Part shown: positions 28,880 through 38,066 of the stretch, in pieces
How the letters are laid out: each line of letters begins with the position of its first letter
How positions within the stretch are numbered: the first letter of the stretch is position 1
Assembly: GCA_964641255.1 (NCBI GenBank)
Contig: CAZXMM010000001.1
Coordinates: 79,757 to 143,756, forward strand
Reading direction: 5' to 3'
Source: an uncultured Gammaproteobacteria bacterium
GTDB taxonomy: Bacteria; Patescibacteriota; Microgenomatia; JAMCZE01
Length of the DNA stretch: 64,000 nt
Position numbers and translations under genes: made by a program
Notes under the pieces: generated by a model
Told to the model about the DNA's origin: nothing
The model's database searches: none
What the model saw: the letters and a program-made list of their open reading frames with translations, nothing else

Positions 28880-29563
28880 CTATGACGCGGTACTGTTACT
28901 ATTACTTGTCTTCGTAGTCACGGGGGGTGGGGTAGGACTAGCAGCGGTGCGGTGATTGTAGATATCATGAAACAGGTCGATTAATTCCACAGTAGTTAGT
29001 TGTCTAGCCCGAAGCCCCAGTCGTCCGAGCTGTCTTAAAATATGATCCCGCTTGGGTAGTAGTGCGGTTTTAGCTTTTTCGACAATAGTTTCGGCCGGGA
29101 GTGGAAGACCGGTCGTTTTTTTCTTAAATAGTCCGCCGGCGCTGGAAGCCACCCCAAGCTCCAAAAAGCTAAAAGGAATGGCAATGTAAAATTTTTTATC
29201 GAGCACGTTGTTATTTTTTACTGTATTTGCAATGAAATCGCGATATTTTGCGATCTGATCAGCCAGGAGAGGATTTTTTTGTTTTTCTCGAGCCTCTTCA
29301 AGGAGAGCCATATAGGCTGAAACATCCTTTTGTTGGCTACGTACCACAATTTGAATGGAAAAATTGAGCGAGTTTAATAGACCAGCGTAAGCGTAGATAA
29401 TCGACTCCTGTTCTTGTTCTGACAGCAGGCCAAAATTAACCGCCGACACGGCAATTATTAGAGCCACCGAGCCGTCTTTGATGATAACCAGGTCGTCAAC
29501 AATATCCGCCACCTGCAGATGATCTTGTGTAGTTCCTTTAATAGCTATTTTAGTTACATCCAT
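28880..29563 (-). CDS. VirB4-family N-terminal domain, encoded as a separate 227-aa ORF
   Basis: TTQDHLQVADIVDDLVIIKDGSVALIIAVSAVNFGLLSEQEQESIIYAYAGLLNSLNFSIQIVVRS follows the conserved N-terminal pattern of Gram-positive-type VirB4 homologues (PrgJ/TcpF/ConE). Its stop at 28880-28882 lies 7 nt upstream of the ATPase ORF start at 28872, in a different frame. Confidence 0.6.
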   Translation of the reverse strand: MDVTKIAIKGTTQDHLQVADIVDDLVIIKDGSVALIIAVSAVNFGLLSEQEQESIIYAYAGLLNSLNFSIQIVVRSQQKDVSAYMALLEEAREKQKNPLLADQIAKYRDFIANTVKNNNVLDKKFYIAIPFSFLELGVASSAGGLFKKKTTGLPLPAETIVEKAKTALLPKRDHILRQLGRLGLRARQLTTVELIDLFHDIYNHRTAASPTPPPVTTKTSNSNSTAS

Positions 29564-29577
29564 ATGCGCTAGCGTTA

Positions 29578-30834
29578 CTAGGTTACCGCTATCTTGGGTT
29601 TGATTTCTAGTGGTGGCATGACCCCACCACTGAGAGTAATTTCCAACAGATCAAAATTAAAATTCTGTTTTTCCAGCTCTAAATAGTAGGTACCATTCTC
29701 TAGGGGAGTGCTCCCGATAAACTGGCCGACCTTGTTAGCTTTAAGTGCCCGAATCGAATTGCCGGCTTTGTCTTTGATGATAATGATGGTTCCGTCAATT
29801 GGGTTATTGTTTTGGTCGAGGACCACCCCGTTTATGACATTAGGTATTTCTGTAAGAGTGATGGGGGTAGGAGGCTTGATCACCTTATCGACTACCCGAA
29901 TCTGAGGTGGGCGGCGTTCAATAACTGGCATTTGATAGGCAGTAGTAGTTAGTGGGGCAACTCGCTGGCTGGTAATTTGCGACCGAAGGTTGGTTATTTG
30001 GCTGCTCAGTTTGCTCTTTTCTAGAGTCAAGGCGTCTAATTTTTCTTGCTCTCGGGGCGATAGTTTACCTACCAAAACCAGACTGTTTTTAAGCTCGTCA
30101 ATTTGCATCATCAGCGCCTTGCTTTGGTTGACAAGCTCGTCAACTAGCGCCTCGTTCTTAGTCAGTTCTGAGGCGTTCTTCTCGAGTTTTTCCGCCGAGG
30201 TGGCACGACGTCTTGCCTCCAAAGCGTCAATTGTCACCACCTCCTTAGGGGGAATGTTGTCCTTTGGCTCATTTAATTTTTCCTGACGGATTTTTTCTAG
30301 GGCATCGATAGACACAATGGTTTGTCTCGACAAGTCCTCTTGAACCGGTGGGGTTACTGGGGTGGTATCAGTAAGAGGTAGGGTCGTGCGGTTGGCCATT
30401 AATTGTTGTACGTTGATTTCTCCACCACCCTCAGGTGGTTTTGGGGCGCTAGTGTTTTGTGGTTGGGCCATAGTAATCGGTGTAAAGTTTAATTGCGGGG
30501 CGCTGGGTAATGATTTTTTTTCAGTTGGAGCTGCTGTTTTGGAACCTTGTCGTTTCCAAATATAGACAGTTGGTTTATAGATAGCTCTAAAAAAATTAAC
30601 CAACCAAATGTCTAGTGGCCTTTCTTCGATGGGCAAAAAGGCCAGAGCGACCCCAAAGAGGGCAAAAAAGATGGCGAAGGGATACTTAAGAACCGGATGC
30701 CAATTGGCAATATAGAAAACATAAGCCAGTATGGCCCCACCAGCTAGTTCTCCAAACTGTTTGAGGGTCATGTCACCGACCAGTTTGAACTTAAATCCAG
30801 TAATGTCTTGGGGGACAGCGTGTTGTTCCATCAA
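29578..30834 (-). CDS. PrgI/VirB3-like T4SS membrane protein fused to a coiled coil and a C-terminal carboxypeptidase-regulatory-like beta-sandwich domain
   Basis: N-terminus VPQDITGFKFKLVGDMTLKQFGELAGGAILAYVFY resembles the PrgI family (VPKDIR.YE.KF.GPFT.K.F..IAGG). Next come two TM helices, a Pro/Thr linker, a roughly 150-aa heptad-rich coiled coil (ELKNSLVLVGKLSPREQEKLDALTLEKSKLSSQITNLRSQ), then NGVVLDQNNNPIDGTIIIIKDKAGNSIRALKANKVGQFIGSTPLENGTYYLELEKQNFNF. Confidence 0.55.
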   Translation of the reverse strand: MMEQHAVPQDITGFKFKLVGDMTLKQFGELAGGAILAYVFYIANWHPVLKYPFAIFFALFGVALAFLPIEERPLDIWLVNFFRAIYKPTVYIWKRQGSKTAAPTEKKSLPSAPQLNFTPITMAQPQNTSAPKPPEGGGEINVQQLMANRTTLPLTDTTPVTPPVQEDLSRQTIVSIDALEKIRQEKLNEPKDNIPPKEVVTIDALEARRRATSAEKLEKNASELTKNEALVDELVNQSKALMMQIDELKNSLVLVGKLSPREQEKLDALTLEKSKLSSQITNLRSQITSQRVAPLTTTAYQMPVIERRPPQIRVVDKVIKPPTPITLTEIPNVINGVVLDQNNNPIDGTIIIIKDKAGNSIRALKANKVGQFIGSTPLENGTYYLELEKQNFNFDLLEITLSGGVMPPLEIKPKIAVT

Positions 30835-30931
30835 TAATTACCCGAACGATGATTCTCCCTCAGGCGAAGAAATACAGTGGTCGGGCAGTACTAAAATATC
30901 GTTATTCTTAGACTATCCTAACAACCCAAAT

Positions 30932-31423
30932 ATGAAAAACAAGGGGCGGAGATTTTCACAAAGTAATATAATACCTTTATCGATGAACGAAGACTGTTTC
31001 CACCTGGGCGTAAAAGCGTTAATTAGGAACTTGTCTGGGAAGATCCTCCTGTTGAAGGTTAACCCGGCTCAGTTAAAAAATTATTCGGGGGAAGCCTATT
31101 GGGACATTCCAGGAGGCAGAGTCCAAAGAGGGGCGTCAGTGGAAGAAACTTTAAGACGCGAGGTTGAAGAAGAAACTGGGATTACCAACATTAAAGCCAC
31201 CAAACTCGTAGCTACCATACTTTCAAATATAAGGATTCCGGTACAAAACGGTGACGTGGGACTTCTCCTTTCTGTTTATAGTTGTCAGTTGAGCGAAGAG
31301 CCAAGTACAATTAGGTTAAGCGGCGAACACACTGAAGCGGGGTGGTTTTTCCCGAAAGAGGCGTCGGAGCTATTAAAAGTGAAATACCCCGAGGAGTTTA
31401 CCGATATGGTTGCCATTTTATAA
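30932..31423 (+). CDS. NUDIX hydrolase
   Basis: Nudix box GGRVQRGASVEETLRREVEEETGI (GX5EX7REUXEEXGU). The ORF-track start at 30731 was rejected because it overlaps the divergent PrgI-like gene. ATG 30932 is preferred, with ATG 30983 possible. Confidence 0.7.
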   Translation: MKNKGRRFSQSNIIPLSMNEDCFHLGVKALIRNLSGKILLLKVNPAQLKNYSGEAYWDIPGGRVQRGASVEETLRREVEEETGITNIKATKLVATILSNIRIPVQNGDVGLLLSVYSCQLSEEPSTIRLSGEHTEAGWFFPKEASELLKVKYPEEFTDMVAIL

Positions 31424-31466
31424 TCATTCGGTGGGAACGCTTCGGGTGTGGGACTATTAGCCCGAC

Positions 31467-32696
31467 TTAATTAACCAAAAAGATGGCAATTGCCCCGGTT
31501 GCCATTATGACGAGAGCAACTACGGTAAGCAGGTTAGTCCACAACCCATTTTTGTAAGTTCCCATAATTTTTGAATTATTGGCTATTAAAAGCAGGAGTG
31601 CGATCATAACGGGGGACACTAGCCCATTTAAAACCGCCGAGTAAAAGAGATAGGTGATGGGGGAGATACCAATCAGATTGAGAAGAAAACCCAGTAGTGT
31701 TGAGCTAATAATAATGATGTAAAACCCTGGCGCCTGCTTAAACTTCTTATTGAGTCCTTCATGAAAGCCAAAGGTTTCTGATAAGGCGTAACTTGCTGAT
31801 CCCGCCAGAACCGGGATAGCGAGCATTCCCGTCCCCACAATTCCCACCGCAAACAGGACAAAGGCGAGGTCTCCGGCTAGTGGACGAAGGGCGGCGGCGG
31901 CGTCAGCCGCTGAGGTAATGGTATGTTGACCAGCTGCAAAAAGAGTAGCAGCGGTGGTGGCGATGATGAAATACATAATGAGATTGGAAATGAACATACC
32001 AATAACCGTGTCCTTTTGTTCGGCTCGAATCCCCATCCTGGTGACGTGTCTATGTTGGAATATTTCCGTTTGGGCTTCGTCGCTAGTCTGCCAGAAAAAT
32101 AAGTAAGGAGAAATGGTGGTGCCAAAGATGGCAAGTACAGTAAGGACAAAGTCTCTATTTGGGGTGAGGGTTGGTAAAAGTGTACTGGTAATAATCGCTC
32201 CATAGTCATGGTTGATAAGGAAAAAAGTGACCACATAGGCAAAGAGAGCCAGGGTGAGCCACTTAAAGACCACCACAATTTTTCCGTACTGGAGCTTGAT
32301 AATAAGATAGATGATAAGACAGGAAAGCACTAGAGTTACTGGGAGAATGGGTAGGGGGACGAGGAGATTAATGGCGGCTGCCATGCCTGACAAATTGGCT
32401 CCAATGTTAAAAGTGTTGGCCACAAACAAGAGTCCACTCAAGACTATGACTATAGGTTTGGGGTAGTGGTCCTTGGCGATTTGGGCCAGCCCTTTTTTAG
32501 TAACGAGTCCAATTCGACCACAGGTTTCTTGAACCGCCGCCATGAGGGGGAAAGTAAAAATAGCCGTCCATAAAAACCCATAGCCAAACCGGGCTCCGGT
32601 TATAGAGTATGTGGCTATCCCTGAGGGGTCGTCATCAGCTGCTCCGGTAATTAGTCCCGGTCCCAGACGCGCTAGGAATTTTTTTAGACCTTTCAT
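31467..32696 (-). CDS. mntH: NRAMP-family divalent metal (Mn2+/Fe2+) transporter
   Basis: GPGLITGAADDDPSGIATYSITGARFGYGFLW ... MAAVQETCGRIGLVTKKGLAQ are NRAMP consensus motifs. Polytopic, 409 aa. Confidence 0.8.
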   Translation of the reverse strand: MKGLKKFLARLGPGLITGAADDDPSGIATYSITGARFGYGFLWTAIFTFPLMAAVQETCGRIGLVTKKGLAQIAKDHYPKPIVIVLSGLLFVANTFNIGANLSGMAAAINLLVPLPILPVTLVLSCLIIYLIIKLQYGKIVVVFKWLTLALFAYVVTFFLINHDYGAIITSTLLPTLTPNRDFVLTVLAIFGTTISPYLFFWQTSDEAQTEIFQHRHVTRMGIRAEQKDTVIGMFISNLIMYFIIATTAATLFAAGQHTITSAADAAAALRPLAGDLAFVLFAVGIVGTGMLAIPVLAGSASYALSETFGFHEGLNKKFKQAPGFYIIIISSTLLGFLLNLIGISPITYLFYSAVLNGLVSPVMIALLLLIANNSKIMGTYKNGLWTNLLTVVALVIMATGAIAIFLVN

Positions 32697-32710
32697 TATA
32701 AGAAATAATT

Positions 32711-33745
32711 CTACTGTACCCTAGGATCACTAGCCAGGGGTTGGGCATTTTCCCAATCGGCGGCAAATTGTTCTACCATGATTAAAACAGCGCTAACATC
32801 ACGGAAAATAATTCCCAGCTCTCTATTTTCGTCCAAACTATTAGTGGTCATGTTAATAGATCCAAGATAGGCCCGCTCCCCATCGATAATGGCTGCCTTG
32901 GCGTGGAGGTAGGGCTTAGTAAAAGTTCGGACTTCCACCCCTGCGTTTACTAATTCATAAGCACTTCGACTGTTAGCTGGGATCTGCTCTAAGCTTGGAA
33001 GTAAGACTCTCACAGAAGTCTCCTTGTGTTTAGCTTGGAGAATAGTCATTATCTGAGGATCATCGATGACCTCAGTAACAAGATCGATACTTTGGCCGGC
33101 GGAATTAAAAAGTAATTCTAGCTTGGCTCGAGAGTTAATCGGGCTAAGTAGTAGATCACTGTTGTCAGTCGCGTCATAATTATTCCCAGTCCAGTCAGCG
33201 GTAAAAACGGCAGTGGCCTCTCTTAGACTACTAGCGTCAATTAGGCAGAGGTTGTATTCGCGGTTACTGATAAAGGCACTTTTTGTTAGGTTTTGGTTGA
33301 GGATACAGAGAATCTGACCATCAATTATTAGTGTCTTTTGGTGAGTAAAAGGAAAATCTTTACCCCCCCATTTAACTTCGATGTTAGCTTTTTCAAGTTC
33401 TGGTTTGATTTTACGGTTAAGATTACTCCCCCCAAAGGGATGTTCTTCGAGAATAACTTTAACATCCACTCCTCGACTGTCGGCTTCCTTTAGAGCGGCT
33501 ACAATTTCTGGATCGGATAATAAATACATAGTCATCCAGACGGATTGTTTAGCTGAGTGGACGTAGTCAAGTAGTGGTGAGGGGTCACTATCTGGTTCAA
33601 TAAATAGGTCTACTGGAGAAGCTAAGCCAAGAACATCACTCTGACTGTAGTGATAGTGTTTTTCGACTGGATAAGCCAAGGCCGCTACCACACTAAGAAT
33701 TCCGAAGAAGAAGAGATATAGAGCCATTTTTAGCTGGCGAGACAT
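32711..33745 (-). CDS. phospholipase D family protein with two HKD motifs (cardiolipin-synthase/PLD-nuclease superfamily), N-terminal signal/anchor
   Basis: HKD motif 1 FTHQKTLIIDGQ and HKD motif 2 YLHAKAAIIDGERAYLGSINMT. N-terminal hydrophobic segment. Confidence 0.7.
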   Translation of the reverse strand: MSRQLKMALYLFFFGILSVVAALAYPVEKHYHYSQSDVLGLASPVDLFIEPDSDPSPLLDYVHSAKQSVWMTMYLLSDPEIVAALKEADSRGVDVKVILEEHPFGGSNLNRKIKPELEKANIEVKWGGKDFPFTHQKTLIIDGQILCILNQNLTKSAFISNREYNLCLIDASSLREATAVFTADWTGNNYDATDNSDLLLSPINSRAKLELLFNSAGQSIDLVTEVIDDPQIMTILQAKHKETSVRVLLPSLEQIPANSRSAYELVNAGVEVRTFTKPYLHAKAAIIDGERAYLGSINMTTNSLDENRELGIIFRDVSAVLIMVEQFAADWENAQPLASDPRVQ

Positions 33746-33768
33746 ACCTGATGATACAATAGATTGCT

Positions 33769-34797
33769 ATGATTTTAAGTAGGCTCCACTCGCTTTTAAA
33801 ACGCCACTTCAAAAAGGTGGTTATTTTACTGGTTTGTCTTCTTGTGGGATTCTTCGGAGTGCGTCATTTTACCAAAGCTGCCGACCAAGCTATTTTAACG
33901 ACTAAAGTTAGTCGGGAAGACCTTAAAGAAACTTTGGTTCTGTCGGGCGAAGTCAGCGCTGAGCAGCAGGTGGTGCTGCGTTTTCAAACCTCTGGTTACT
34001 TGAGTTGGGTGGGGGTCAAAGAGGGAGACCCTGTCAAGAAATGGCAAGCCCTCGCTTCATTAGATCGGCGAGGGGTGGAGATGCAGTTAAAAAAGGACCT
34101 AAACGACTATTTGAGTGAGCGCTGGGATTTAGACCAGACTCGAGAGGACAATAGGGACAATGTTTATACCGATTCAGTCAAACGCCTTATTGATCAGGCT
34201 CAGTTTGGGGTTAATAACTCTGTTTTGGATGTACAAATCCAGGATCTGGCTTTACAATTTTCTAGTCTTTGGAGTCCAATTGACGGCATTGTTACCAAAA
34301 TGGCGGCTCCCTTTGCCGGGGTGAATGTTACTCCCAGCCAATCTGAGATCCAAGTCGTTAACCCGGCCACTCTTTACTTTTCGGCACTAGTTGACCAGAC
34401 CGAGCTTACAAGCCTAGCGGCTAGTATGGCTGGCGAACTCACTTTAGACGCGTTTCCCAACGAAGTAGTTAGGGGTAATATTTATGCTATTGCGTTTTCT
34501 CCAAAAGCTGGCGAAAGCGACACGGTTTACGAAGTTAAATTTTCCTTACCCCAAAGTGGGGCGGCTCAACACTACCGCTTGGGAATGACTGGGGACTTGA
34601 GTTTTGAGATTGCCAGTAAGACAGGTGTTTTGGTGGTTCCCCCGAAATTTATCAAATCAGAGAAAGGTAAAAAATATTTACTGGTTCTGCGGGGAGACCA
34701 AAAGACTAAGGTTTTTGTTGAGCTAGGAATGGAAACTGACGAGGCCACGGAGGTTACTGGTGGTATATTTGAGGGCGACACTATCTACGAAAACTAA
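33769..34797 (+). CDS. HlyD-family periplasmic adaptor (MacA-like membrane fusion protein)
   Basis: N-terminal TM anchor, coiled-coil/lipoyl-like segments and a typical efflux-adaptor layout. Directly upstream of a MacB-like ABC ATPase and FtsX permease. Confidence 0.65.
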   Translation: MILSRLHSLLKRHFKKVVILLVCLLVGFFGVRHFTKAADQAILTTKVSREDLKETLVLSGEVSAEQQVVLRFQTSGYLSWVGVKEGDPVKKWQALASLDRRGVEMQLKKDLNDYLSERWDLDQTREDNRDNVYTDSVKRLIDQAQFGVNNSVLDVQIQDLALQFSSLWSPIDGIVTKMAAPFAGVNVTPSQSEIQVVNPATLYFSALVDQTELTSLAASMAGELTLDAFPNEVVRGNIYAIAFSPKAGESDTVYEVKFSLPQSGAAQHYRLGMTGDLSFEIASKTGVLVVPPKFIKSEKGKKYLLVLRGDQKTKVFVELGMETDEATEVTGGIFEGDTIYEN

Positions 34798-35471
34798 TGA
34801 TTCGTTTACAAAATGTTTACAAAACTTATAAATTGGAGGGCGAAGATTTTAGCGCTCTGAAAAACATTACACTAGAAATCAAAGAGCGGGAGTTTAGTGC
34901 TATTGTTGGTCCTTCTGGGTCGGGCAAGTCTACCCTAATGCACATTATTGGGTTGTTGGATCAGCCCTCATCGGGTAAAGTGGTAATGGCGGACAAAGAC
35001 GTCTCGACACTGTCTGATGACGAACTTTCTCGGGTACGCAACGAGTATGTTGGTTTTGTCTTCCAGCAGTTTAATCTTATCAATAAGCTCACCGTATTAG
35101 AAAATGTATTGCTCCCCACTATCTACCACCGTCAAGGAAGTGGTGGCGATTTTACTACCAGAGCAGTAGAACTATTGACCCGTTTTGGGATTGCTTCTAA
35201 AGCTAAGTCGTACCCCAACAAAATTTCCGGCGGCCAGCAACAGCGAGTGGCTATAGCCCGGGCTCTCATAATGAACCCTAAATTAATTTTGGCCGACGAG
35301 CCTACAGGTAATTTGGATACTAAAACTGGTGATACCATAATCGCTTTACTGGAGGAGCTAAACAAAACTGAAAAAGTTACCGTGGTTATTGTAACCCACG
35401 AGCTAGACGTTGCTCGGCGAACCAAAAGACAAATTTATGTTAGGGATGGCCAAATTGTTAGCACCCCATGA
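34797..35471 (+). CDS. ABC transporter ATP-binding protein (MacB/LolD-like)
   Basis: Walker [19 protein letters not shown] signature [15 protein letters not shown] and Walker [12 protein letters not shown]. Confidence 0.85.
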   Translation: MIRLQNVYKTYKLEGEDFSALKNITLEIKEREFSAIVGPSGSGKSTLMHIIGLLDQPSSGKVVMADKDVSTLSDDELSRVRNEYVGFVFQQFNLINKLTVLENVLLPTIYHRQGSGGDFTTRAVELLTRFGIASKAKSYPNKISGGQQQRVAIARALIMNPKLILADEPTGNLDTKTGDTIIALLEELNKTEKVTVVIVTHELDVARRTKRQIYVRDGQIVSTP

Positions 35472-36670
35472 ACTATCTTTTGTTTGTTATTAGGTCGGCT
35501 GTCGAAGATTTTCGTCGCAACAAAGTGCGTACCGCCCTGACGTCGCTGGGAATCTTAATCGGGGTAGCCTCAGTTGTTTTGTTGCTCGCTTTTGGTTTAG
35601 GATTAAAAAAATATATTCAAAACCAATTTGAGAGTCTAGGAACCAATTTAATCTATGTTCTTCCTGGTGGGGTGTTTCAAAATGGCGGTTTTAATGCCGA
35701 CGCTACGTTTGAATCGACTTTTGATGAAAAAGACGTCCGTAGCCTAGAGCGCTTGCCAAGCGTTAATTATATTGCCCCGGTCTATCAAAAAAATAGTTCA
35801 GTTTCCTATGGAGCCGAAGAAAAGTTTACCCCGGTTTTTCTGGCGACAGCAAAAGTGTTTACTGCTCTTAACCTGGAACCAACTGCTGGTAGGGTTTTTT
35901 CTGAGGTGGATTTAAACAAGCGGGCCAAAGTAGCGGTTATTGGTCCAACTCTGGCTACCGAGTTATTTGGCGATACGGAGACGGGAGTTGGCAAAACTAT
36001 TCAGGTGGGAGAGCAGGGTTTTAAGGTGGTAGGAGTCCTAAAAGCTAAAGGAGGAGGAGGGTTTGGAGGACCCAGTTTCGATACCTATGTTTACGTTCCT
36101 TACAAATCTGCGCCCAGTTTAAACCCAGCTAAAAAATTTCTCTCGATTTATGCTCAGGCAGTGGACAGTGATTCCATCAGTCAAGCCAAAGCGGAAATAA
36201 GTGAAGCACTTCTTAAGCGCTACGACAAAGACGACTTTTCAGTTATCGAATCAACGGAATTTTTGAATGCGATCAGTTCTATTTTTGGGGTGCTGAATTT
36301 GGTGTTAGTAGCCATCGCCGCCATCTCTCTTATTGTTGGGGGAATTGGTATCATGAATATCATGTACGTCTCGGTGATAGAGCGCATTCGGGAAATTGGT
36401 ATCCGGCGAGCCATTGGGGCTACTAGAAGAGACATCCTTTACCAGTTCTTAGCAGAATCGGTTATTTTATCCCTGCTTGGGGGACTACTTGGCCTGCTTC
36501 TTTCGTTTGGGGTGGTAGCCGCAATTCAACCATTTTTCCCTGCCTACATTGATGGTCTATCGGTGGCCATTGCCCTGGGGGTTTCCTCGGCCATAGGTAT
36601 TGTTTTTGGGGTGTTCCCGGCTCGCAAGGCCTCAGAGCTAAGTCCAATCGAGGCCATCAGGTATGAATAA
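35468..36670 (+). CDS. ABC transporter permease, FtsX/MacB-type
   Basis: N-terminal TM helix, large extracytoplasmic domain and three C-terminal TM helices (FtsX fold). Overlaps the ATPase stop by 4 nt. Confidence 0.8.
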   Translation: MNYLLFVIRSAVEDFRRNKVRTALTSLGILIGVASVVLLLAFGLGLKKYIQNQFESLGTNLIYVLPGGVFQNGGFNADATFESTFDEKDVRSLERLPSVNYIAPVYQKNSSVSYGAEEKFTPVFLATAKVFTALNLEPTAGRVFSEVDLNKRAKVAVIGPTLATELFGDTETGVGKTIQVGEQGFKVVGVLKAKGGGGFGGPSFDTYVYVPYKSAPSLNPAKKFLSIYAQAVDSDSISQAKAEISEALLKRYDKDDFSVIESTEFLNAISSIFGVLNLVLVAIAAISLIVGGIGIMNIMYVSVIERIREIGIRRAIGATRRDILYQFLAESVILSLLGGLLGLLLSFGVVAAIQPFFPAYIDGLSVAIALGVSSAIGIVFGVFPARKASELSPIEAIRYE

Positions 36671-36704
36671 TCTAAGTAAGATATAAAATTTTGCTGAAAA
36701 GTAG

Positions 36705-38066
36705 ATGGCTAAGATTGCTTTCATTCATTATCGTTCGGGTGAGCGAGACGGCGTTTCGCTAGAGATTGAAAAGCGAAAAAAGGTTTTAGAGGAACTAGGG
36801 CACGAGGTGCTTCTTATCAGTGGTTTTGACCCCCGCTTTACTAAAGACGGAGCAGAGGGAATTTACTGCATCCCCAATTTAGATATCAAAAAGAGACTGG
36901 CAGCCTTTTTGCGAGAAACCTGTTTTCAGGAAAAAATCCTGGATAACACTCTTGCTTGGTTGTTGTTTCATTTTGAAGAAGGGTATATCTACGAACGATT
37001 GAGTAGGATCCTTCAGAAGACAAAACCGGATTTAGTCTTTGTTCATAATATTTTCAGTCACGCTTTCCACCTCCCGGCTACTCGGGCGCTTGTCGCTGCC
37101 TTTGAAACTCATTCGACAAAAGTTGTGGCTGTCCACCATGATTTTTTCTGGGAACGGTTCTTTTTCAATCGCCCCAAATATCGGTTTATAGCTGATATTA
37201 TTGCCAATTTGCCGCCTAAAAAAGACTTTATTGTCGAAGATCAGGTTATCAATTCACTAGCTAAAGAGGAGTTTGAAAAGCGACGGGGCGTAAAAACTCA
37301 CCAAATCCAAGACTACTTTGATTTTTCCCAACCACTTCCTGAAAAAGACGCTTTTAACGGTGACTTACCAGAAAAGATTGGAGCCGGTCCAAACGACCTA
37401 ATCATTCTTCAGGCCACCAGGATTACTGAGCGAAAGACCATCGAGAACGCTATTTTATTTGCCAGCGAGTTACAAAAGGCGATCGCTGGGTTGCGAGATG
37501 GGTTTGCGTTTTCGGATAAAGAAATCTCTTGTACTAGCAAGGTTTTTTTGCTGCTCCCCAATTTTATTGAGGCGGAGGCTATCCCCTATTTCCGTAAGCT
37601 CAAGCTGCTGGCCGAAGATCTAGAGGTTAACTTTGTTTGGCTAGGTGAGCAGTTTTCTCTCAATCGGCACAAAACCCCCGAAACTAAGCTCTATTCGTTT
37701 TGGGATGCCTACACTTATGCCGACCTAGTGACCTATACATCAGCCCTCGAAGGTTATGGCAACCAACTTCTGGAAGCGATGTGGGCCAAAAAACTCTTAG
37801 TTAACTTCGAATACCCCGTCTTCACTAAAGATATTAAGGCGCTGGGTCTTAAGTTAGTATCGCTAGGTAACAAAATGGTTCGCCGTAACGGTCTATCTTT
37901 TGTTCCTGGCCAAACAATTGCCAGAGCTGCCAGCGAGACTCTTACACTCTTGCGAGACGAAGATAGGCTTAAAAGCTGGACCGAGTTTAATTTTCAGTTG
38001 GCCAAGAAAAACAACGACATTTCCTTATTAAGAGAGGACCTAGAAAGACTACTCCTGCGGGCATAG
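36705..38066 (+). CDS. glycosyltransferase family 4 (retaining GT-B); donor and acceptor unknown
   Basis: GT4 E-x7-E motif EGYGNQLLEAM in the C-terminal half. 453 aa. Convergent with the amylosucrase-like gene, overlapping by 18 nt. Confidence 0.5.
   Translation: MAKIAFIHYRSGERDGVSLEIEKRKKVLEELGHEVLLISGFDPRFTKDGAEGIYCIPNLDIKKRLAAFLRETCFQEKILDNTLAWLLFHFEEGYIYERLSRILQKTKPDLVFVHNIFSHAFHLPATRALVAAFETHSTKVVAVHHDFFWERFFFNRPKYRFIADIIANLPPKKDFIVEDQVINSLAKEEFEKRRGVKTHQIQDYFDFSQPLPEKDAFNGDLPEKIGAGPNDLIILQATRITERKTIENAILFASELQKAIAGLRDGFAFSDKEISCTSKVFLLLPNFIEAEAIPYFRKLKLLAEDLEVNFVWLGEQFSLNRHKTPETKLYSFWDAYTYADLVTYTSALEGYGNQLLEAMWAKKLLVNFEYPVFTKDIKALGLKLVSLGNKMVRRNGLSFVPGQTIARAASETLTLLRDEDRLKSWTEFNFQLAKKNNDISLLREDLERLLLRA

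Noticed and set aside
31877-32278. 133-aa and 62-aa minus-strand ORFs inside the NRAMP gene
   Set aside because: Alternative frames of a polytopic transporter gene. Their Pro/Leu/Ser-rich translations are typical of shadows.
33381-33566. Small ORFs of 60-80 aa listed in the track across the window (for example 33381..33566, 17787..17969, 27685..27870)
   Set aside because: All overlap longer, motif-supported genes on the same or opposite strand and have no start-site context or recognisable motifs.
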